From Escherichia phage D5505, in the sequence record MK327929.1: 64,000 nucleotides of DNA; one strand, written 5' to 3'. Of this stretch, positions 19,091 to 29,854 are shown piece after piece; position 1 is the stretch's first letter, and each line of letters starts with the position of its first letter. Below the pieces are notes generated by a model that did no database searches, was not told the DNA's origin, and was given only the letters and a program-made list of their open reading frames with translations. A program made the position numbers and the translations under genes.

Positions 19091-20518
19091 CTAAAATTTT
19101 AATTCATTTGCCAAAGCATCTAACTGAGCTCGAGTCGATTCGTTTCTTTGATAGCGATTCTGCTCAGCTTGTATCTGTTGTGAACCTGCTACCTCACTCA
19201 CTTCAGTTGGAGTAGAATCTTGTTCAATTTCTACCCATTTCTGATTTCCTTTTTGAACACCCATCAAAAACTTATTCCATTTATTCTTATCACCATATCG
19301 TGATTTGATTTGCTTAATAAGTTGTTGTTCAGCAGCTGCTAACTCCTCGGTTTCAATGACCGCAAGCATAAAATCAGCTGTTGCTGGAAGACCGGCAGAT
19401 TCTGCAATATCGCTCATGTTAACATCAGAAGAATCCCAAGCTTGTTTACCAACCTGTGCTGCAGTCCAAAGAACAGTTTCGGTTTCAACAGCAAGAGCAC
19501 GTAATTCCTCTGCAATGGCTTTAACAGTTGTGTAACTATTTTCTGAGTAAACTCTAATGCGGCAAGATTTACAAATACCCAGATAGTCGACAATAATGAT
19601 TGTTGGAACAAAATTCTTCTTGAGCTTTAATTCGTTTAAAAGCGATCGAAATGTATTAGCATCTGCTCCACCAGTAGGATACTGTTTAACTATTAAACGA
19701 CCGAGAGTAGATTTCTCGCGCCATTTTTCCATTTTTCCTTTATACTCAGCGTAAGAAATATGCCCGTCATCAATGTCATCAAGAGAAACATCAAGCATAT
19801 TAGCATCAATACGCTTAGCACAGACTTCTTCTGCCATTTCCATGGAAATGTAAAGAACATTATGTCCGAGCTGCAAATAATCTGCTGCCAATGAACACAG
19901 ACCTAATGACTTACCGACGTTAACACCAGCCATTAAAACGTTCAGTGTTCCAGTTTCAGCTCCACCTTTAGTAATTTTATTTAGAATTTTGAGTCTAAAT
20001 GGAACCTTACGAGCTTTATTCATATAAGATAGCCAACGTGCTTCGTAGTCATCCATCCAATCATGACCAACGTAACTATCAAATGAAATTGATAATGCTT
20101 GGCGCATGATGTCAGGAATAGCACCTACATCTGGCATTTTCTTATTTCGTTTTTCCGGAGGAAGCTCAGCATTAGTTTGAATTTCAATTATTTTAGACGT
20201 AGCATTAAACATCGCCCTTTGCTGAACATATTTTTCTGTTTCTTTTACTAACCAGCTATGGTCTTCTGGAGAATCGGCTAGTTTCGAAATAAGTGTTTTT
20301 ACACCAGAATATTCTGTTTCAGTAAATGAACTATTTTCTAATGCAACATTTAACGCATTAATAGATGGAACGCTATGGTACTCATTAACATGAGATTTAA
20401 TTAATTTGAATGTATTTTTAGCTGGACCACTTTCAAAATATTCTGAATCCATATATGGCCAAACTTTTGAAAAATAAGCTTGATCAAATATGAGATGGGA
20501 AAGAATAATTTCTACCAC
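19091..20518 (-). CDS. 41: replicative DNA helicase gp41 (DnaB-like)
   Basis: 475-aa ORF, same length as T4 gp41; Walker A GVNVGKS. Confidence 0.9.
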   Translation of the reverse strand: MVEIILSHLIFDQAYFSKVWPYMDSEYFESGPAKNTFKLIKSHVNEYHSVPSINALNVALENSSFTETEYSGVKTLISKLADSPEDHSWLVKETEKYVQQRAMFNATSKIIEIQTNAELPPEKRNKKMPDVGAIPDIMRQALSISFDSYVGHDWMDDYEARWLSYMNKARKVPFRLKILNKITKGGAETGTLNVLMAGVNVGKSLGLCSLAADYLQLGHNVLYISMEMAEEVCAKRIDANMLDVSLDDIDDGHISYAEYKGKMEKWREKSTLGRLIVKQYPTGGADANTFRSLLNELKLKKNFVPTIIIVDYLGICKSCRIRVYSENSYTTVKAIAEELRALAVETETVLWTAAQVGKQAWDSSDVNMSDIAESAGLPATADFMLAVIETEELAAAEQQLIKQIKSRYGDKNKWNKFLMGVQKGNQKWVEIEQDSTPTEVSEVAGSQQIQAEQNRYQRNESTRAQLDALANELKF

Positions 20519-20527
20519 ACTTACTCC

Positions 20528-20872
20528 TTAAAAGAATTTAAATTTTTTCTTTGACCTTTTATTAAATGCATCTTGTAGTTGCATTGTAATACATTTTTCT
20601 ACATGAGGAGCTAACTCAGCTTTTCTTTCTTGGTCAAGAACAGCAAAGTCCATTACGACTTTTCCATCAACCCAATCTAATTTTGTCACATACACAATGT
20701 GTGTAGAACCGTCTTCTAGTTTAATGACAATCTCCTGGATAACATTTTCCATGGCAGATTTAATTATCTTAAGAGATTCATTAAAAAGACGTTCTTTTCT
20801 TTCTTCTTCCCCCTCCGAAGAGGGGGATTCATCGATAATTTCTAGATCTAAATCTAAATCATCTTTATTCAT
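20528..20872 (-). CDS. 40: gp40-like head assembly protein (start at ATG 20870-20872, 114 aa)
   Basis: ORF-track start is a GTG; ATG overlaps uvsX stop (ATGAATAA); T4 gp40 is about 114 aa by my recollection. Confidence 0.65.
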   Translation of the reverse strand: MNKDDLDLDLEIIDESPSSEGEEERKERLFNESLKIIKSAMENVIQEIVIKLEDGSTHIVYVTKLDWVDGKVVMDFAVLDQERKAELAPHVEKCITMQLQDAFNKRSKKKFKFF

Positions 20873-22046
20873 TAAATTCTTCCATATCACTTAACTGTTC
20901 GAGGTCAGTTTCTAAATCAGCAGCTGATTTACTTTTACTTTCTGGAGATTTAAATTTTTCAACCTTTGAGTTAATCAATTCATCAACTTCAGCTTCAACA
21001 ATTTCATTACTATCAATAGCACCTAACTGATAAGCACGTTTAATAGCATCTCGGAATGGTTGATGCTTAAATAAAGGGCCCCAGAATGTAGTGCAGTTAG
21101 TATCTTTTGCACGCCAAGATTTTTCTTCGCGAATCATCTCGCCGGTTTCTTCATCAAGAAATTCACGAGCATACCAGCCATTTTTAGGTTTTACTACAAA
21201 TCCTAATTCTAGAGCCATATCTAACAATCCAGAATAAGGATCGATACCACCGTCAAATTTAACATCAATAAAGAATTTACTTTTTTCTTTAACGGTACGA
21301 GATTTTTCTACATTTAGAACAAATTGATATCCCTGAAGATCAGAACCATCTTTAATCTGACGCTTACCGATAATGAATACAGTATCAGCTGAATACATTA
21401 CGCCTGTACCACCTGTCATCACGGTTTTACTAAACATTTCAATGGTTTCAATTGTATGGTTAACCGCAACACATGGAATATTTTTAATGCTAAAATAAGG
21501 AGTAACAATACGGAATAATGACTTCAGTGATTTAGCACGAGTCATATCTGCCACAGATTTTTCATTCAAGGCATCTTCCGTTTCTTTCTTAGAAGCCATA
21601 TTACCAATTGAGTCGATGAATACAATAACCTTTTCACCACGCTCAATAGCTTCAAGCTGATTCACCATATCAATTTTCAGCTGTTCAACTGACTGGATTG
21701 GTGTATGAATTACTCGTTCCGGGTCAACTCCCATGGATCGCAAATAAGCTGGAGTAATACCAAATTCGCTATCATAGAATAGACAAACTGCATCAGGATA
21801 TTTGTTCAAATACGCTGCAACCATAGTCAAAGACATATTTGATTTAAAGTGTTTAGAAGGCCCTGCGAAAATAGTTAAACCAGACTGCATACCGCCATCA
21901 ATCGCACCAGAAATAGCAATATTAAGCATTGGGATTTTTGTACGGATTACATCCTTTTCATTAAAGAATTTAGATGTAGTCAGTTCAGCAGTCATTTTAG
22001 AAGTGGAAGCTTTAATCAAACGGGATTTTAAATCTGCAATAGACAT
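20865..22046 (-). CDS. uvsX: UvsX recombinase (RecA homolog)
   Basis: 393-aa ORF recognisable as UvsX. Confidence 0.9.
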   Translation of the reverse strand: MSIADLKSRLIKASTSKMTAELTTSKFFNEKDVIRTKIPMLNIAISGAIDGGMQSGLTIFAGPSKHFKSNMSLTMVAAYLNKYPDAVCLFYDSEFGITPAYLRSMGVDPERVIHTPIQSVEQLKIDMVNQLEAIERGEKVIVFIDSIGNMASKKETEDALNEKSVADMTRAKSLKSLFRIVTPYFSIKNIPCVAVNHTIETIEMFSKTVMTGGTGVMYSADTVFIIGKRQIKDGSDLQGYQFVLNVEKSRTVKEKSKFFIDVKFDGGIDPYSGLLDMALELGFVVKPKNGWYAREFLDEETGEMIREEKSWRAKDTNCTTFWGPLFKHQPFRDAIKRAYQLGAIDSNEIVEAEVDELINSKVEKFKSPESKSKSAADLETDLEQLSDMEEFNE

Positions 22047-22123
22047 TCATTTTTTCCATAGGCATCATTATATTTTCCTCACTGGTTAAAGATAGAGTAA
22101 TTATAACACAATAAATTTAGGCA

Positions 22124-22972
22124 TTAATCAACTGCTATTGGATGAATAGCATTAAACTTATGAAATGCTTCTGATTTTTCTTTACGTGAAACGCACATGC
22201 GAAGAACCTTTAATGGCTCGTCTTCTTCACCCAACGATTTTCGTTTTTCGATATTAGAAGTTTTCCAACGAGCTTGCTCTGGAAACTCTCTATTGATTTG
22301 CTCAAGCGCTCTATTATGTTTAGAATTACTACGAATTGAACTGCACCCGCCAGGAGCTTGTGCTTTTCCAGATACAACCAGATATTTGAACAAGGCCAAA
22401 TGCGGATAACCTTGATTAATTAAATTGAGAAATGCATACATATCTTCGCATAAATCAATTTTTCCATACCCAATTTGTTCTGTCGTAAGTTTTCCGAGGT
22501 CATACCATGTATTCGTGAATCCATATGAATTTTCACGATAATTACCCCAAGATGAAGTAATTTTAAAAATAGGTAGACGAGCATGGCCATGATAATACCC
22601 GCAATCCATGGCATCTTCGACGTATTGAATCAATTCATAGAACTGTTCACGGGTTAATTGATTGACTTTATCTACACAACGACGGTCATCTCTTTTTCGC
22701 ATTGAACTCATACGAATAGTAGTATCATCGTCAATCATCCAGATTCGTTGACCTGCATACATATCAGTAATTGCTTTACGAGTACCAGCAATTCCATTTA
22801 CATCGTCAGGAATAGTTATAATTTTAGCTCTAGACCCATAGGCATCATAATAAGCTTTTTCTTCATGTTCACGCACTACAATATGGGGTTCATAATTAGT
22901 CGGAAACATATCAAGGGCAGAAACTGCCCCGACACGCTGATAACTTGGAATTACGAATTGAATCATTTCCAC
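22124..22972 (-). CDS. putative DNA glycosyltransferase at the T4 beta-gt position (not T4 beta-gt-like)
   Basis: 282-aa ORF between uvsX and 42; does not resemble my recollection of T4 beta-glucosyltransferase; T2/T6 carry a different transferase here. Confidence 0.45.
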   Translation of the reverse strand: MEMIQFVIPSYQRVGAVSALDMFPTNYEPHIVVREHEEKAYYDAYGSRAKIITIPDDVNGIAGTRKAITDMYAGQRIWMIDDDTTIRMSSMRKRDDRRCVDKVNQLTREQFYELIQYVEDAMDCGYYHGHARLPIFKITSSWGNYRENSYGFTNTWYDLGKLTTEQIGYGKIDLCEDMYAFLNLINQGYPHLALFKYLVVSGKAQAPGGCSSIRSNSKHNRALEQINREFPEQARWKTSNIEKRKSLGEEDEPLKVLRMCVSRKEKSEAFHKFNAIHPIAVD

Positions 22973-23703
22973 TCACCTTTATAGTCTTTTTTCACAATAT
23001 GAGTTTCGCCAGTATTCCACCAATGATCAACCAAGTAAAAATGACGAGAATATACATGAAGACTTCCAACATTCCATATAATAGAACCTGCTTTATACTG
23101 ACGAGTTGAATCGCCTGCATTCAAATCAGATACTAATTTATCTAATACGTATTTTTGCCATGCATAATCATTACGGAATCCGAAGACCACGTCATTTGAG
23201 CGCATGCTTACTACTGCATTGACTTTCTTATCACGAATCAGGTACTGTACTGTATTAGTACACATGAAATCTGACATACCATCTTTATTGTAGTCAAATT
23301 GCATGGATGGACGAGTATAAATCATGATACCACGCCGAGAATCAGGATTTTGACCAAGTTCAGCTAAACACATATCATACTGGGCATAGTTATCTTCTGA
23401 CCAAATAGCCCAACCATAATTCGAGTTAATTTCGCCTTTAGAAGATGCTACCTGCTGCCAAATCTTTGGTGTTTCACCTGGAATATCTTTAACAAACAAG
23501 CTCTTAGATTTATACCATTCAAGTTCGCGCTGAATGTATTCATCATTAAGAGCACCAAAAATAAACGGTTCATCTGCTACAAATGATGCGCCAATAATTT
23601 CAATAGTTTTAACACCAGTTTTATCAACTACGAAATCTTTTTCTTTTAATGCAAGCCCCAAATGAAGACGGATTTCTTCAACTGTCATAGAGTCACTAAT
23701 CAT
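22963..23703 (-). CDS. 42: dCMP hydroxymethylase gp42
   Basis: 246-aa ORF, same length as T4 gp42; thymidylate-synthase-like fold. Confidence 0.9.
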   Translation of the reverse strand: MISDSMTVEEIRLHLGLALKEKDFVVDKTGVKTIEIIGASFVADEPFIFGALNDEYIQRELEWYKSKSLFVKDIPGETPKIWQQVASSKGEINSNYGWAIWSEDNYAQYDMCLAELGQNPDSRRGIMIYTRPSMQFDYNKDGMSDFMCTNTVQYLIRDKKVNAVVSMRSNDVVFGFRNDYAWQKYVLDKLVSDLNAGDSTRQYKAGSIIWNVGSLHVYSRHFYLVDHWWNTGETHIVKKDYKGEWK

Positions 23704-23710
23704 TTAAACC

Positions 23711-23860
23711 TCAATTGATACATTCATATTTAACTTGTAACAGTAATAAACCCCAACCTAAAATAATAGTTGGAATCATAAGAGGAACCGTTACACTATA
23801 GTATATACTTATTATAATCATCAAGATTAAAAGCAACACTGTTATAATTTTGCTTTTCAT
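23711..23860 (-). CDS. candidate small membrane protein (about 49 aa), absent from ORF track
   Basis: hand translation MKSKIITVLLLILMIIISIYYSVTVPLMIPTIILGWGLLLLQVKYECIN; ATG overlaps imm stop (ATGA); coordinates approximate. Confidence 0.35.
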   Translation of the reverse strand: MKSKIITVLLLILMIIISIYYSVTVPLMIPTIILGWGLLLLQVKYECIN

Positions 23861-24108
23861 TCCTTCTCTCTGATGATAATTACCTGATTTGGTTGTGCAG
23901 ACTTTTTAGTTTCACCCGCAATTGACCAAATAAATGTAATAAACCAACCAATAATTGACCAGTTAAACAGTAAAGATGTGAAAAAGATTCCTACTGTCGA
24001 TTTTGACCCACGCATCAAAGCAATAAACCATGGAAGCATGTATATAATAATAGCCAACACACCTGAAACTAAAACCATAAAAATTGAACCTGCTACTAAA
24101 GTTTCCAT
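23857..24108 (-). CDS. imm: Imm superinfection immunity membrane protein
   Basis: 83-aa ORF, same length and position as T4 Imm, two hydrophobic segments. Confidence 0.8.
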   Translation of the reverse strand: METLVAGSIFMVLVSGVLAIIIYMLPWFIALMRGSKSTVGIFFTSLLFNWSIIGWFITFIWSIAGETKKSAQPNQVIIIREKE

Positions 24109-24115
24109 ATTTTCC

Positions 24116-24496
24116 TCACTTAGTCAAATTTTTTACGCATGAATTATAAGAATTCACTACATACTCCATCGGAGCATTTTTACCAGTACGCCATTGGTAA
24201 TTATTGGCCCAATTAGCCCAAAGCTCGGCGCAGTAGTTTTCAATTTTTTCTTCGCGTGTAATTACATCTGAATTACGATATGCTTGAGCAGATTCATCTG
24301 GACGAATAGCTTCGTCAAAATTCGCCTGCATTTGTTCGACTGTTTGCTTTGGAGCTTCTTTATAACACTTGACATTAGGATTATAAAATTTGCTTGAACA
24401 GTTTACAATTTTTCCTGCATCAGACTGATTTACTACCGGTCCTTGAGCTACACAACCAGTAAGACCTAATGCAATAACCAAAATAGCGATTTTCAT
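24116..24496 (-). CDS. putative lipoprotein
   Basis: 126-aa ORF; signal peptide ending LTGC lipobox. Confidence 0.55.
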   Translation of the reverse strand: MKIAILVIALGLTGCVAQGPVVNQSDAGKIVNCSSKFYNPNVKCYKEAPKQTVEQMQANFDEAIRPDESAQAYRNSDVITREEKIENYCAELWANWANNYQWRTGKNAPMEYVVNSYNSCVKNLTK

Positions 24497-24506
24497 AATA
24501 ATTTCC

Positions 24507-24743
24507 TCAAATGCAAGTAGTAATTACTCCAGTAGTGCTTATGCAGGTATTACCCATTTGCACACCTAAAGATCCATTTGTATTCACATGAAGATTATCA
24601 TCAATTTTAACTGATATTTTACCATTAGTGTGAATAACAGTGCTAGATTCAATCACAGGTTGAGTATCATTTTCAACACTAACAAATGGAACTGCTGCTA
24701 ATGCAACTAAACAAACTGCTAAGCATCCCATAACAATTTTCAT
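24507..24743 (-). CDS. small secreted/membrane protein (start reassigned to internal ATG, about 78 aa)
   Basis: ORF-track start 24800 lies within promoter 24781-24810; MKIVMGCLAVCLVALAAVPFV signal-like N-terminus with GGAGA SD. Confidence 0.45.
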   Translation of the reverse strand: MKIVMGCLAVCLVALAAVPFVSVENDTQPVIESSTVIHTNGKISVKIDDNLHVNTNGSLGVQMGNTCISTTGVITTCI

Positions 24744-24780
24744 TTTATTCTCCAAATCCGTATCAGTAGTTGATAGTTGT

Positions 24781-24810
24781 ATAGTACCATGGAAGAACAT
24801 TCTTGTAAAC
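24781..24810 (-). promoter_or_regulatory. T4-early-type promoter (GTTTAC..18..TACTAT) with conserved downstream ACAACTATCAACTAC
   Basis: minus-strand motif; A/T-rich upstream tract; 24-mer shared with 49982-50005. Confidence 0.5.
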
Positions 24811-24892
24811 AGTTTTGTGAAAATTTTTTAGGGAATTCTAAAGGTCCAGAATCATCTGTTTTTCATAAGTATAGATTTATATTACTTGTATG

Positions 24893-24913
24893 AAAAAGGG
24901 ACCCGGAGGTCCC
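24893..24913 (-). terminator. rho-independent terminator downstream of gene 43
   Basis: gggacc-tccg-ggtccc hairpin on minus strand followed by TTTTTTC. Confidence 0.7.
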
Positions 24914-24926
24914 TAGATTTATTCTA

Positions 24927-27623
24927 TCAGCCAAACAGGAAGTCTAACGAAGCTTTTTCTTCATAGTCCATACCTGCCGATTCACACATACCAGCAAGCG
25001 GTTTAACAAACGATTTTTGGAACAAAGTTGAGTAGTCAATCCAAGACAGTACATCAGAACGAATTTCTTTTGGAAGTTCTGTACCCGACGGCCAAGCAAT
25101 GCACTTATCACCAAATGGATTTCCTTCACGCAATGGAAGAACCATTACCTTATTTCCATCCAAAATTGGAGCTACACCTAAACCGCTAACAGCTCGACGA
25201 TAAGTTAGCACACCACGAATATGGAACGGACATTTAAATCCTGGCCAACCTTTATCATCATATTTCGCTATATCGTTCGCAGTTTTTACTTCAGCAATAA
25301 CTTTATAGTCAAGTTGACGATATTCTTTCTCGAAGTTCTTGTAATATTCTTGGACAGACTCTTCACCTTCCTGAAGAATACGACGAATACTTTCTTCGAG
25401 AGCTTCTTGGACCGCTTTAGGCGTTGAACTCTGCTGAGTTTCCATACCCATGATTTTTAGATGTGGTTCAGCAAAACGCTTATCTTCCATATCATAAACG
25501 TTCAGAGCATAACGCTTTTTCGCTTTCCAAAATCCACCAACGCCCTTTGAACCAAGTGGAGGGCAAGAAATAGCTTCACGGTCCATATGCATCAGATGCT
25601 CGCGGTTATTCATATAATCACATAACTCACGATATGCAACATCAATCATAGGTTCCATCTTTTTCTTACCGAACTGATTCATGAATTCAACTAAATCGTT
25701 CTGCTCTTTGAATCGGTCAAGACCAACTTTTTCAATAACTTTATCTACACAAACATATACCGAATCAGTATCACCTGCTGCAATGAAATCTTCGCCATTA
25801 GTTCCGCATACTTTATTCAGATATTCATTAATTTTACGAGCAATCCACTGAATACCAACTTGGCCGAAAATTGTGATAGCAGTAGCATTTCGCAAATCAT
25901 AGTAACGGAAATGAATATTACCAAGAGCACCATAAAGACTGTTAATAAGAATTTTACGGTTCAGCTGATTTGTATTAGCAAGTGTAGCTGCTTTTTCACA
26001 TTCTTCAATCAAACTATTGAGAACAGATTCAGTATAATTCGATAGTTCATTTAAGAAATCATCACTGAACTTAACATATCGTTCAACTTCAGGTTTAGTT
26101 GAACAAGACCCTGCGCCTTTCATAATAATCTTTTTAATAGCTTCGGCATTCATTTCTTCAGCGAACATTTTCTTTTTCCAGTCTTTACGCTGGAAAAATA
26201 CTTTAGCGATTTCCTTTGGAATGATACCTTCTTGATGCTTATCATACATCCATCCATTCGGAGAACAAGAATATTCATCACTCGGTTTAGGAGCTGTTCC
26301 TGCGATATATTCATGAATTGGATGAACTTTAAACTGACCACGAATAGTCTCAGGACTAATGTTAACCTGACGAATAATGCTCGGATACAGAGACGTCAAG
26401 TCAAAACTCATAATATATCGACGAGCAATTGGTTTAGGTTCAAATACAAATGCACCTGGAAAACTTTGTTTAACGTGCGAACCTTGTTGAGGAATAACCT
26501 TATGTTCACCTTTCAATGAGTTAAAAATAATAGCATCCCAGGTTTTAATAGGACTCATTACACCAGAAAAAGGCATTTTAGCGTAATAAGACATACTTAA
26601 AACTAGATCGATAAACCCGCGAATTTTATCAATTGCTTGAACTGATTCTACGTCAATGATGTTATAACTAATGTATCGTTGATGATTAGTCTCACGAAGT
26701 TTATTAATAGGACCATCATACGGTAATTTACCTTTTTTGGTTTCATGCTGAGCAACTGATTCCAAAGAGAATGACGGCAAATTAGTAAAAGCGAATTTCT
26801 TGTACAAATCTAAATAATCAAGAATAGATACGCCATCAATAGAATAAATTTCTTTGCTACCGTACATATTTTGGATAAGTTTAGATTTTACTCGACTGAT
26901 TGGAGAGAAACGTTTCATACTGCGTTCACCGAGAACCATTTTAACGCGATTCATGATATACGGAACGTCAAATCCCTCAATATTCCAACCGGTAAAAATA
27001 GCAGGTCGTTTCTGTTCCCAGAGATTAATATATTCCATGAGCATATCACGCTCATTATCAAATGGCATATAAATTACTCGGTCAAGAATTTCTTGAGGAA
27101 CTTCATCACCGCCTTCACAGTCAAGCTTAGCAGCTAACTTTGCATCCCATTTTGATACTGAACCGTACATTGAATTCAAAAGGTCGAAAACATAAAAACG
27201 ATCATCAATTGAATCGTAATGAGTGATAGCATCAATTTCATATTCAGCTTTCATTGGGTCAGGAAATTTATCACCAGTAACCTCAATGTCACAGTTAGCT
27301 ACACGAACAAATTTTCGGTCATAAACAATTTCTGAACCATACGTATCACTGATATAAGCGAGTTTAAAATCGTTCATACCGAGAGCTTCGAGACCGATGT
27401 CTTCCATTCGCTTCATCCAATCTCGAGCATCTTTCATTGATGGAAATTTTTGAGGAGCGCAATTTTTACCATAGATGTCTTTGTACTTTGACTCTTCCTT
27501 ACAATGTCTAAACATAGTTGGAAGATATTCTACTTCGCGAGTACGTTCCTTTCCATTTTCATCAATATAACGTTCAACAATGTTATTTCCGACTGTTTCG
27601 ATAGAGATATAAAATTCTTTCAT
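24927..27623 (-). CDS. 43: DNA polymerase gp43 (family B)
   Basis: 898-aa ORF, same length as T4 gp43, recognisable exo and pol motifs. Confidence 0.95.
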   Translation of the reverse strand: MKEFYISIETVGNNIVERYIDENGKERTREVEYLPTMFRHCKEESKYKDIYGKNCAPQKFPSMKDARDWMKRMEDIGLEALGMNDFKLAYISDTYGSEIVYDRKFVRVANCDIEVTGDKFPDPMKAEYEIDAITHYDSIDDRFYVFDLLNSMYGSVSKWDAKLAAKLDCEGGDEVPQEILDRVIYMPFDNERDMLMEYINLWEQKRPAIFTGWNIEGFDVPYIMNRVKMVLGERSMKRFSPISRVKSKLIQNMYGSKEIYSIDGVSILDYLDLYKKFAFTNLPSFSLESVAQHETKKGKLPYDGPINKLRETNHQRYISYNIIDVESVQAIDKIRGFIDLVLSMSYYAKMPFSGVMSPIKTWDAIIFNSLKGEHKVIPQQGSHVKQSFPGAFVFEPKPIARRYIMSFDLTSLYPSIIRQVNISPETIRGQFKVHPIHEYIAGTAPKPSDEYSCSPNGWMYDKHQEGIIPKEIAKVFFQRKDWKKKMFAEEMNAEAIKKIIMKGAGSCSTKPEVERYVKFSDDFLNELSNYTESVLNSLIEECEKAATLANTNQLNRKILINSLYGALGNIHFRYYDLRNATAITIFGQVGIQWIARKINEYLNKVCGTNGEDFIAAGDTDSVYVCVDKVIEKVGLDRFKEQNDLVEFMNQFGKKKMEPMIDVAYRELCDYMNNREHLMHMDREAISCPPLGSKGVGGFWKAKKRYALNVYDMEDKRFAEPHLKIMGMETQQSSTPKAVQEALEESIRRILQEGEESVQEYYKNFEKEYRQLDYKVIAEVKTANDIAKYDDKGWPGFKCPFHIRGVLTYRRAVSGLGVAPILDGNKVMVLPLREGNPFGDKCIAWPSGTELPKEIRSDVLSWIDYSTLFQKSFVKPLAGMCESAGMDYEEKASLDFLFG

Positions 27624-27641
27624 AGATATTCCTTAGTTTAT

Positions 27642-27659
27642 AGCCCGAGTTATTAGGCT
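27642..27659 (-). promoter_or_regulatory. gp43 autogenous translational operator hairpin
   Basis: minus strand AGCCU-AAUAACUC-GGGCU, 5-bp stem with 8-nt loop AAUAACUC, just upstream of the 43 SD/ATG, as in T4. Confidence 0.6.
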
Positions 27660-27683
27660 CTTGATATATTATACTCCAAATAA

Positions 27684-27697
27684 GGGGCCGAAGCCCC
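27684..27697 (-). terminator. GC hairpin with UUCG tetraloop (ggggc-uucg-gcccc)
   Basis: perfect palindrome 5 nt after the 27702..27923 stop; followed by TTATTT on minus strand. Confidence 0.4.
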
Positions 27698-27701
27698 TTG
27701 C

Positions 27702-27923
27702 TTAAATTAATACCAGTTGTCGGTGAAAAATTGTCAATCCATCTGCATTAATTGACTTAACGACTGCTGTAAAATGTTTTTGTTCTGGATGAACTAGTTT
27801 TTGAAATTCTACTTGAAATTTTAGTTGGAGGTTTTCTGGTAAATCAAAAAGCGTTTCTGTCGCAGAAAGATTATATTTTTCTTTAAGAGACGTCATGTAT
27901 TCTTGTGGAGTTATAGCAGTCAT
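27702..27923 (-). CDS. hypothetical small protein (start at ATG one nt after regA stop)
   Basis: about 73 aa from the internal ATG; TAAtATG junction with regA. Confidence 0.4.
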   Translation of the reverse strand: MTAITPQEYMTSLKEKYNLSATETLFDLPENLQLKFQVEFQKLVHPEQKHFTAVVKSINADGLTIFHRQLVLI

Positions 27924-27924
27924 A

Positions 27925-28293
27925 TTAATTACCAATCGTATATTTAGGAACGAGTTTCCATTCATGTTTTTGTTTAAAAGAAATAACTCGGAAGTTATTA
28001 GTTAAATCTTTCATAAAAGTTCTTTGACCAGGGACGATTTCAATCAGTCCCCAATCTTCTAACAGCCATGCAATCGAATCACGACGAACTTCATCTTCTT
28101 CTGTCATTTCAACTTGACGGCCATCCATACGAAGCATTTCTTTAAAATGAACGATATAGTATAGTCCTTTTTTCTGAAGAATATGACAGGACTGATACAG
28201 AACTTTATCTTTATTATTAGCAATTCCCATACGAGTCAAAGTTTCTTTTACTTTCAGAAAATCTTCAGGTTTTTTAAGAGTAATTTCAATCAT
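27925..28293 (-). CDS. regA: RegA translational repressor
   Basis: 122-aa ORF recognisable as T4 RegA. Confidence 0.85.
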   Translation of the reverse strand: MIEITLKKPEDFLKVKETLTRMGIANNKDKVLYQSCHILQKKGLYYIVHFKEMLRMDGRQVEMTEEDEVRRDSIAWLLEDWGLIEIVPGQRTFMKDLTNNFRVISFKQKHEWKLVPKYTIGN

Positions 28294-28294
28294 T

Positions 28295-28858
28295 TTACCA
28301 TTCCAATGCTAGTTTTTTGAGTTGTTTCTGTTCTTTTACGTTCTTAGTCACTTCTTTCAAAAAATCATCCGTGACTAAACCTTTTAGTTCTTTTAATACT
28401 AAAGGAAGTTTTCCATTTTTAGTAAGAATTGATTTATAGTTAATTGCATCATTTGTATTAACTTGATACCGCTTAGCAAGTAACTTAATAATCAATACTT
28501 CGGTAGAATCTTCAACCAGTTTTGCCCATTTACCATATCTTTTACCCCGAGGAACAGCAGCCATCAGATAATTAAAATGGGCTTCATCACTTAAACCTGA
28601 TCCAATTAAATTCATAGCATATACAGCTGGCATGCATTCAGGAAATTGTGATAATGCATTCTCAACCATGTATTTTGAATAATCTTTTTGAGCAATAGAG
28701 CATTTAGTTTTATTATTAATAGCTCCAATTATTTCAAAAAATTCATTTTCAGCTTTTTCTTTAAAAGAATCAGCAGCGGATTGGACAGTTGTCCAATCTT
28801 TTGAATACCAAGCAACTTGATGCTCGTTTAATTGAATATCATCTTCAAATAAGCTCAT
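28295..28858 (-). CDS. 62: clamp loader small subunit gp62 (187 aa from ATG overlapping the 44 stop)
   Basis: [15 protein letters not shown]-terminus; ATGA-type overlap with 44; T4 gp62 is 187 aa. Confidence 0.85.
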   Translation of the reverse strand: MSLFEDDIQLNEHQVAWYSKDWTTVQSAADSFKEKAENEFFEIIGAINNKTKCSIAQKDYSKYMVENALSQFPECMPAVYAMNLIGSGLSDEAHFNYLMAAVPRGKRYGKWAKLVEDSTEVLIIKLLAKRYQVNTNDAINYKSILTKNGKLPLVLKELKGLVTDDFLKEVTKNVKEQKQLKKLALEW

Positions 28859-28859
28859 A

Positions 28860-29819
28860 TCACTTCCACTGCATTTCACATGCCAATTGAATGAAAAGAT
28901 ATGCTAAATGTAATTCAGTATTAGCCGCAATTCCATGATACTGGTTATTTTCACCAACAATTTCATACATACGAATAATACTTTGCGGAGTTACGCGTGT
29001 ATAGATTTCTTCGGCAAGTTTACCTACGAACCACGAATAATCAGCTGCATATTTTGGTGCTAAAGCTCTGAGCTGTTTAACATCTTTATTTTTGAGAGAC
29101 TCAAGAACATCATCAATAGCACCACGATCGTTAGTAACCAGTGATAAAATACCAGCATCCAAAACACCTTTAGATGAATAACTATCGAGCTCGCCAATAG
29201 TTTTACGAAAATCAGGAAAATTCTTTTTAACCAAAGCTGCTACAACTTTCATATCAGCTATAGCAATTCCTTCACGCTTGCAGATTTCAGTCAATCGACG
29301 AATCATCTGCTTCATCATTTCTATTTTATCTTCATCGGTCGGTTGACCGAACGTAATAACTCGGCAGCGTGACTGAAGTGGTTTAATAATACCATCAATA
29401 TTATTAGCAGTAATAATAATACTACAGTTTGAACTATAAGCTTCCATAAAGGAACGAAGATGTCGCTGAGACTCTGCTAATCCTGAGCGGTCAAATTCAT
29501 CAATAACGATTACTTTTTGACGACCATCAAATGAAGCGGCGCTGGCAAAATTAGTCAAAGGACCGCGAACGAAATCAATTTTACAATCTGATCCATTCAC
29601 AAACATCATATCAGCATTTACATCATGACACAATGCTTTTGCTACAGTTGTTTTACCTGTTCCTGGAGAAGGAGAATGAAGAATAATATGTGGAATCTTA
29701 CCTTTACTTGTAATAGATTTAAAGGTTTCTTTATCAAAGGCGGGAAGAATACATTCATCGATAGTAGATGGACGATATTTCTGTTCAAGAATGTGTTCTT
29801 TTTCATTTACAGTAATCAT
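28860..29819 (-). CDS. 44: clamp loader large subunit gp44 (AAA+; start at MITVNEKEH, 319 aa)
   Basis: Walker [10 protein letters not shown]; length from the internal ATG equals T4 gp44. Confidence 0.88.
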   Translation of the reverse strand: MITVNEKEHILEQKYRPSTIDECILPAFDKETFKSITSKGKIPHIILHSPSPGTGKTTVAKALCHDVNADMMFVNGSDCKIDFVRGPLTNFASAASFDGRQKVIVIDEFDRSGLAESQRHLRSFMEAYSSNCSIIITANNIDGIIKPLQSRCRVITFGQPTDEDKIEMMKQMIRRLTEICKREGIAIADMKVVAALVKKNFPDFRKTIGELDSYSSKGVLDAGILSLVTNDRGAIDDVLESLKNKDVKQLRALAPKYAADYSWFVGKLAEEIYTRVTPQSIIRMYEIVGENNQYHGIAANTELHLAYLFIQLACEMQWK

Positions 29820-29854
29820 AATTTCCTCATTCAAGTTTTAGTGTAAATTATAAA

